A stretch of DNA of 64,000 bases from Bacteroidales bacterium UBA3754 (GTDB lineage: Bacteria > Bacteroidota > Bacteroidia > Bacteroidales > UBA1715). The translations under genes were made by a program, and so were the position numbers. Shown here in pieces: positions 19,601-28,600 of this stretch. The stretch covers positions 9,755 through 73,754 of the forward strand of contig DFGI01000096.1 of NCBI GenBank assembly GCA_002371705.1, read 5' to 3'. The notes under the pieces are model-generated. The model did no database searches. It was not told the DNA's origin and saw only the letters and a program-made list of their open reading frames with translations. Position 1 is the stretch's first letter. The number at the start of each line of letters is the position of its first letter.

Positions 19601-22600
19601 CATATTGTTCCGTTGCTGGTTTTGACGGAGTTGGCACCGAAAGTTTTTCTCCATAAGCAAATACACCCGAACCATCGAGCATGGTACCATCCTCCTCAAC
19701 AAATTTCACCGAATACGTATTCAGATGTTCCTTAAACACAGCGTAATACGTTGCCGCACGTTCCACAGGTATTAAATCAGGCGACCACGAATCGAACTCG
19801 TAGGAGAACTGCGCATCGGCAACACGTGTTGGAGCATAACACGTTGGCATTGCTCCATACGGGACGTCAGTACGTTGCAAAATTTGGTCGTTGTAGTTTT
19901 TAAACGTAATTTGATACAATTGAGTTTCTGTCGTGTATGTTGCAATATATTCCGCATCATCAGTAACTTTCACTAATTCAGTATTCCAACCTGCAAACGT
20001 ATAAGTCACACCCTCTTCGCCAACCTTGGTTGGATATTGATTTTCGTACGACGGATACGAGCCAAACGGCATTTCCGACGATTGCAAAACCTCGCCATCC
20101 TCGTCTTTAAATGTAACCACATATTTATTTGTAACTTGCATAAACACAGCGATATAAGTTGTATTTCCCGTCACAGCGACAATTGTTTTATTCCATCCCG
20201 TAAATTCATACGAATACTGCGCGTTGCCTTCTTTCTGCGGTGTTTCGCCTACATATGCCGGATACGTGCCGTATGTTTCATCGGTGCGTTGCAATTCTGT
20301 TCCATCTTCGTTGGCAAACACAACCGAATACGTTCTTTCCGTTGCGGAATACGATGCCTTGTATGATGCGTCAGCTGTAACCTCAACCAGCGACGGAGTC
20401 CATTCCTCAAATAAATACTCATATTGGTTGTTTGAAGCCTTCGTTGGATTTTCCATAGATGGCATTTGACCATAATCGTATATGACAGAAGCAATTATCG
20501 AATTATCGTCATCTAAGAACGAAACGGTATATTGATTTGTTGATTGAACATATGTAGCTGTATAAACCGCATCAGCAGCGACTTCAATCACGTGATAGTT
20601 CCATCCCGCAAACGTATATGAATACTGGGCTGTTGGTGCTTTTGTCGGTGCTGCACAGACAGGTTTCTCACCATATTCATATTGCTGCGATTGCAAAATT
20701 GTTCCATCATCATCCTTGAATGTTACGAGATATTTTTTCTTCTCTGACTTGTATGTTGCTGTATATGTCTTGTCTTCGGTAACTATTGTTGGTTTTGGAT
20801 ACCACGAATCAAAATCATACGTATATTGAGCATCAGCAAGTTTCGATGGCACGGCACAAATTGGCATAGCTCCATATGCAAAATTCGACTGTTGCAACAC
20901 CGAACCATCGTCATCAACAAATGTGATTTCAAACATTGTGGTCGCATCGGTGAATGTTGCCGTATAAACCGCATTGTCGGTTACACGCGATGGCACCACG
21001 TTCCAACCCGCAAACGAATACGTCTTACCATTTTCGCTTGGTTTCGTAGGAACTGCACCTACGAACGATGGATAATTTCCGTATGCGACCTTAGAAATCT
21101 GCAAAATGTCGCCATTATAATTTTTGAAAATTACGGTGTATTCATTCACAGACTCCGTAAATGTAGCAGTATAAACAACATCGCATGAAACATCAACCAG
21201 TGGTTTGTTCCAACCAGCAAACTCATACGAATATTGCATTGTTGATGGTTTTGACGGCGTTTCGCCTTCATATACTGGATGTGAGCCATACAGAACATTC
21301 GATGACTGCAATTCCGTACCATCAGCATTGTTGAATTTTACCACATATTGATTTACAACCACGTCATATTCAGCCCGATAGGTTGCATTCGCAACAACTT
21401 CGGAAATTGCGGGCGTCCAGCCTTTGAATTCATACGAATATTGTGCGGTTGACGATTTTTCTGGTGCAGCGATTGTTGGCGTTGCTCCATACGCATATTC
21501 CATTGTTGAAATCACCGAATAATCCTCATCAACAAACGTAATGGTATATTTCCGTTCTTGTTCAACAAATGTAGCGGTGTAAACAGTTTCACCAGTTACT
21601 TTTGTTATGGATTTATCCCAACCGTTGAACACGTACGAATATTGGTCAGTTGAAGATTTTGTTGGCATTGCACCTGAATATGTTGGCATTGCGCCATATT
21701 CATATTCCCGTTTTTGCAAAATAGTTTCACCATCTTCGTCAACAAATGTTACAACATACTTATTGGTGATTGCCGTGTATGTCGCAAAATATTCCGCATC
21801 GAACGCAACCGCCGTAAGTTCCGGAGTCCACGAATTAAAGACGTATGTATAGCGAACATCGGCGTTTCTTGTCGGAATCGGACACATTGGCAAAGCACCA
21901 TAACCGAATTGTGAAGTTTGAAGAATTGTGTCATTATAGTTTCTAAAAATTATGGTATAACTATTTGTACTCTTGGTAAATACAGCAGTATAAACCACAT
22001 CCTCAGTTACTACATCAATAGTTTTATTCCACCCGACAAAACTGTATTCATATTCCTCGTCGGCTGGTTTTGTTGGCACCGCCTCGTTGTACGAAGGAAT
22101 TGTGCCGTACGCAACATTCGATGACTGCAACACTTCTCCGTCAAAATTTTTAAACGTCACAAGATACGTATTGATTGATACTGAATACGTTGCGACATAT
22201 ATTTCGTCACCAACCACAGCACGGATGGTCTTATTCCATCCTGCAAATTCATACGAATATTGTGCAGTTGCCGATTTTGTTGGTTCAGCACCTTCGTACA
22301 ACGGCATTGCGTTATATGCCACAGTTGAACGTTGCAAAACAGATCCATCGTCGTTTTTGAACATAATTTCATAGGAATTCACTGATTCAGAATACGTTGC
22401 CTTATACACTGCAGTTCCTGTTACTTCTGCCACAGCTGGCGACCAGCCATCGAATGTGTATGTAAACTGTGCAGTCGCGTCTTTTTGCGGAGCTACGCAA
22501 CTTGGCATTGCACCATATTCATAATCCTGCGCAAAAATTTTATTGCTGTTTTCATCCACAAATGTAATTCTATATGAATTAGTTACGGCACGATACGTTG

Positions 22601-25600
22601 CCGTATAAGTGGCATTTTCTGTTACCGGAACCACAGCAGGACTCCAACCGGCAAACGAATATGAATACTGCGCTGTTGATAATTTTGTCGGCACGGCAGT
22701 TGAAGGAATTGCTCCATACTCATATTGAGCCGAAGCTAAAACAGTTTCGCCATCTTCATCAACAAATGTTATAGTGAACGATTTCTTATGTGCTTGATAC
22801 GAAGCAACATACGATTCTGCTCCATCTACTTCGTGCAGCTCAGGATGCCACGCTGCGAACGAATATGTATAGCGTTCATCATCGTCTTTCGTTGGATTAC
22901 TGCACGTTGGCATTGCCCCATACACAAAATCAATCTTATGCAACAAAGTAGTTCCATCTTCATCATAGAATGAAATCGGATATGTGGTTGTTTCGTCGGA
23001 ATACGTTGCCACATATTCCATATCGGCGGAAACTGGGGCTATTGGCACATTCCAACCTTTGAACAAATAATTGTTACCCGCTTCCGATGGACGAGCGGGA
23101 ATTTCACCATTATACGAAGGAATTTCGCCATATGCGACCTGCGACGACTGCAACACGGTGCCATCGTAGTTTTTAAATGTGATTTCATACGAATTTGTTG
23201 TTTTACTGAACGTTGCAACGTATGTGGCATCGCCCGTAACAGGAATTATTGTTTTATCCCATCCATCAAATTCAAATGTATATTGTGCTGTAGCATCTTT
23301 TACGGGCGTTTCGCCTTCATACAACGGCATTGCGCCATATTCATAGTCCATTGATTGTAATTCTGTATTGTCATCGTTTACAAACGAAACATTGTATTTT
23401 CTTGTAACTTCCTCATATGTCGCCACATACACAACATTTTCAACGACTTCAGATATTGTTTTATCCCATCCGACAAAATTGTATGAATACTGAATTGTCG
23501 ATGCTTTCACAGGCGTTTCACCCTCATACAACGGCATTGTACCATATTCAACCAAAGATTTCTGTAATTCCCCCCCATCTTCATTTTCAAAAATCACAAG
23601 ATAACTATTCACTGTTGGCGTAAATACAGCAACATACGTGTCGTTGCCAATCACCGTTGCAATTGGCTTGTTCCATCCAATAAACGAATATGAATATTGG
23701 GCTGTAGATGCTTTGGTAGGCGTTGCCCCTGTATAAACAGGCATAGTTCCATATTCATACGATTTCGACAACAATGTAGTTTCACCATCCTCGTCAAGGA
23801 ATGTTACCACATATGAATTACGTTCTGCTGAATATTTCGCAGTATAGGAAGCATCACCAGTTACAGGCTTAATAGTTGGTATCCACGTATCGAACGAATA
23901 GGTGTATTCCGCGGTGGCTGTTTTTACGGGAATAACGCCCGTATATACTGGAGTTGCGCCATATTGCAATTCAATTGAACGTAGTTCTGTTGTGCCATCT
24001 TCGTCGTAGAACGTGATAGTGTATGAATTCAACGAATTTGAATACTGTGCGATATAGACTGCATCGGTATTTACGGCTGTCAAAGCATTATCCCAGCCAA
24101 CAAATGTATATGTATTTTCGTCATTTGCAGGACGGATTGGCGTTGCTCCTGAATACACTGGGACTGCCCCATATTCCACCTGCGACGATTGCAATTCCGT
24201 TCCATCGTAGTTCTTAAATACAACAATATATTTTTGTAAGTTGGCAGCAAACGTTGCTGTATAGGTCACATCACCAACAACAGGAACAATTGTTTTATCC
24301 CAACCATCAAACGTATATTCATATTGTTCTGTTGAAGCCTTTACTGGCGTTGCGCCCGAATATACTGGCGTTACGCCATACGCTACATCTTCAATTTTTT
24401 GAAGTTCATCACCATTTTCATTTTTGAATGTCACCACATAAGTATGAACATTACTTTCGTATGTTGCTGTATATGTTGCAGTTCCATCAACTGGAACCAC
24501 AGCAGGACTCCATCCTGCAAAATTGTATGTATATTGCGCTGTGGCAGCCTTCGACGGCTCTTCACACGATGGAGTTTCGCCATATTCTACAGAATAACGC
24601 TTTAATTCTGTACCATCCTCATCTTTGAAAATAATAATATAATCGTTGACGGTTGCCCGATATGTTGCCAAATAAGTTGCCGCACCAGTAACTGGCACAA
24701 TTTCAGAGTTCCATCCATCAAACAGATATGAATATTGGGCAGTTGATGCCTTTATAGGCGTTGCTTCCACGTAAATTGGCGTTGCCCCATACTCGACCTC
24801 GGAAGATTGGAGAATTGTAGTTCCGTCTTCATCAACAAAATCAATCACATACGTATTTTTAACCGCACGATAGGTTGCCACGTACGAAGCCGTACCCGTA
24901 ACTTTTTCTATTGCTGGCGACCAACCGTTGAATGTATAGGTATATTCAGCAGTTGCCGCTTTCTGCGGATTTTCGCAAATTGGCGTTGCGCCATACACAA
25001 ATTCATCATCTTGCAAAACTGTTTCGCCATCTTCATCATAGAATGTTATAACATATTTATTGGTTGCGTTCGAGAATGTTGCCGTATAAACCGCATCGCC
25101 CACAACCGCAACAGGGTCAACATCCCAACCAGCGAACGAATAAGTATTTATGCCGTCGGTTGGTCTTGTTGGCATCGAACCAGAATACGATGGAATTACG
25201 CCATATTCCACTTCGGCTGACTGCAACTCCGTACCATCATAGTTTTTGAAAACAATCGTATAACTATTTGTGTGTATGGTATATGTGGCTGTATAAACCA
25301 CATCTTCGGTAATTGGAACAATTGTTTTGTTCCAACCTTTGAATACGTATGAATATTGCGCAGTAGCAGATTTTGTTGGCGTTTCGCCAGAATACACTGG
25401 CAGTGTACCATATTCAAGTTGTTCTAATTTTTGTAATTCTGTACCATCCTCATTTTCAAACACAGCATCATACGTATTTACTTCGGCCGCATACATTGCC
25501 GTGTAGGTTATATTTCCTGTAACTGCGCCAATTGCCGGCGACCAACCATCGAACACATAGGTGTATTGCGCAGTAGCCGCCTTTGATGGTGGTTCGCACG

Positions 25601-28600
25601 AAGGTGTTGCCCCATATTCATACACCTGTTCTTTCAATTTCGACAAATTCTCATCAACAAACACAACAGTGTAGGAATTAACTGTTTCGGAATATACTGC
25701 CGTATAAACCACTGCGCCCGTTACCGCTACAATTGGCTTGTCCCACCCTGCGAAAGAATAGGTATATTGCGCTGTGGCAGTTTTCTCTGGCGTTGCTTCT
25801 ACATATTCAGGCATTTCACCATATGCCACATTCGAAGTTTGCAAAACTTTCTCTCCATCTTCGTCAACAAATTTCACCAAATATGAATTTGTGATTGCAT
25901 GATACGAAGCCGTATATGACGCATTTTCAGTGACTTGTGCTATGGCAGGTGTCCATGCTTCAAACGTATAAGTATATTGCGCCGTAGCCTCTTTCGTTGG
26001 TGTTTGACACGTTGGTGTTTCGCCGTAGGCTACATTTTTTTCTTGCAGCACGGTCGTTCCATCCTCATCATAAAATGTTATGTGATAAGAATTTAGCGAT
26101 GGTGTATAAACAGCAACATATTCTGCTGTTCCGTCAACTTTCACAATCGTATTGTTCCAACCTGCAAACGAGTATGTGTATTGCGCAGTAGCAGATTTTG
26201 TTGGCGTTTCACCCACATACGATGGCATTTCGCCATAATTCACATCGCTTGACTGCAATATAGTTCCATCCTCGTTTTTAAACGAAATGATGTATTTATT
26301 TACTGTTGCCGTATATGTTGCCGCATAAACTATTGATTCTGTCACGTTTGCAATGGTTTTATCCCAGCCATTAAACGTATAGGAATATTGCGCTGTAGCA
26401 GCTTTCGTCGGGGTTTCGCCTGAATACACAGGTTTTACACCATACGCCACATTTGATGACTGCAATTCCGTACCATCTTCGTCTTCAAACGTCACAAGAT
26501 ATTCATTTACGGTCGATTCAAAGGTCGCAGTGTAAGTAACAGAACTCGTCACAGCAATAATTTCTTTATTCCACCCCGCAAACGAGTATGTATATTGGGC
26601 AGTTGCCGATTTTGCAGGCGTTGCGCCTGAGTACACTGGCATTGCTCCAAATGCAATCTCGCCAGACTGCAACACTGTGCCATCTTCATTTTTGAATGTT
26701 ACAACATACGAATTTACCGTTTGATTGTAGGTTGCCGTATAAGTAGCATCTCCTTCAACCTCAACAATTTCCGTATTCCAATCCGCAAATGTGTATGTGT
26801 ATTGCGCAGTAGGCGATTTTACTGGCGTTGCGCCACTATACGACGGCATTTCGCCATAATTCACTTTGCTTGATTGCAACACGGTTCCATCTTCGTTTTT
26901 GAAGGTGATTGTATATTTGTTCAACGTTGCCACATACGTTGCTTTATACGTTGCCTCTCCAGTAACAGCCGCCACTGTCGGTGTCCAACCGTTGAATGAA
27001 TATGAATATTGAACAGTTGATTCCTTCGTCGGTTCATCACATGTCGGCATTGTGCCGTACGCAAATTTAGATGATTGAAGCACAGAATTGTCGTCGTCCA
27101 CAAACGTGATTGTGTATTCTTTCACAGTTGACACATACACCGCCGTATAAACAACCGCCCCCGTTACGGCAACTATTTCCTTGTTCCAACCATTAAACGA
27201 ATAAGAATACTGCGCATCGGCTGATTTTTCTGGCGTTGCACCAGAATACACAGGCACCATGCCGTATGCCACATTGCTCGACTGCAATACAGTTCCATCC
27301 TCGTTTTTGAAGGTTACCGCATATTCCCGAAGTGACGATGCAAATGTAGCTGAATATACTGCCGATGACGACACCGCCGTTATTGTCGGTGTCCAACCAT
27401 TAAATGTGTAGTCGTACTGCACAGTTGATGTCTTAGTAGGCGTAATTCCAGAATATTCAGGTGTTGCGCCATAGGCCAACAGCAACGATTGAAGCGTGGC
27501 ATCTTCATTTTTAAACGTGATAGTATATTGATTTACAGTTGAATTGTATGTAGCTGTGTAAACAGCGTCACCCGTAACATCCGAAATTGTTTTGTCCCAA
27601 CCAGCAAACGTATATGTATATTGGGCAGTAGCATCTTTGGTTGGCGTTGCTCCACCATAAGTAGGCTTTTCGCCATAGGCAACCTGTGAGGACTGCAACA
27701 CGGCTCCATCTTCGTTTTTAAACGTGATGGTATATGAATTTACCGTAGCATTGTAAGTTGCCGTATAAGTGGCATCGGCGGTAACATTCACCACGGTCGG
27801 CGACCAAGCCGCAAACGTATAAGTGTATTGCGCCGTAGCAGTTTTTGTTGGAATTTCGCACGATGGGAGCGACAAATAATCGTATGATGACGATTGCAAT
27901 TCACTGCCATCGTCGTTTTTAAACACAATCGTATATTGATTTATTGCAAATGTCGCTTCATACGAAGCATCACCCGTAACTGTAATAGTACGCGAATCCG
28001 TTGCCACAGCGTCGTTCCACGCCACAAAGTGATAGCCGACTTTCGGTGTTGCCGTCAACGTAACCGAACTGTTGTAGTCGTATGTTCCGCCACCAGAGAC
28101 AGTTCCCATAGAATTGTCAGCACTTGTGGCTGTAATTTCATATGAGTTTAAGCCAAAATTCGCCGTATAAGTGGCATTGCCCAACACAAGCACATCGCGC
28201 TCTGCTGGTGCATACACATCGTCTTCCCAATTTAGGAAATGGTATCCTGTTTTGGCAACCGCCCGTATAGTTGTAGTTGTATTGTAGTCGTAAGTACCTC
28301 CGCCAGAAACAGTTCCACGATCATTATCACTCGAAACGACAGTGATTGTGTATGGAATCGGAGCAAATTCAGCAATATAGTTGGCATCGGCAGAAATACT
28401 GGTGAGCGTGCGGGTACGATTAGTATTACCATCATTCCATCTCACAAAGCTGTAGCCCGGATTTGGCGTGGCCTCCAACGTGGTTGACGCACCAGTTTTG
28501 AATGTTCCATAACCACTGCACGTTCCCATTGCCGCATCGTTCGGAGTAGCCGTAATTTTATACGTATTTACAGCAAAAAAAGCAACATACGTAGCATCAC

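Noticed and set aside
18276-27935. A regular ~205-210-nt periodic repeat that could be mistaken for a CRISPR array or satellite
   Set aside because: The whole region is one in-frame ORF. The repeats are contiguous with no spacers, are diverged at 50-70% aa identity, and encode a recognisable protein module.
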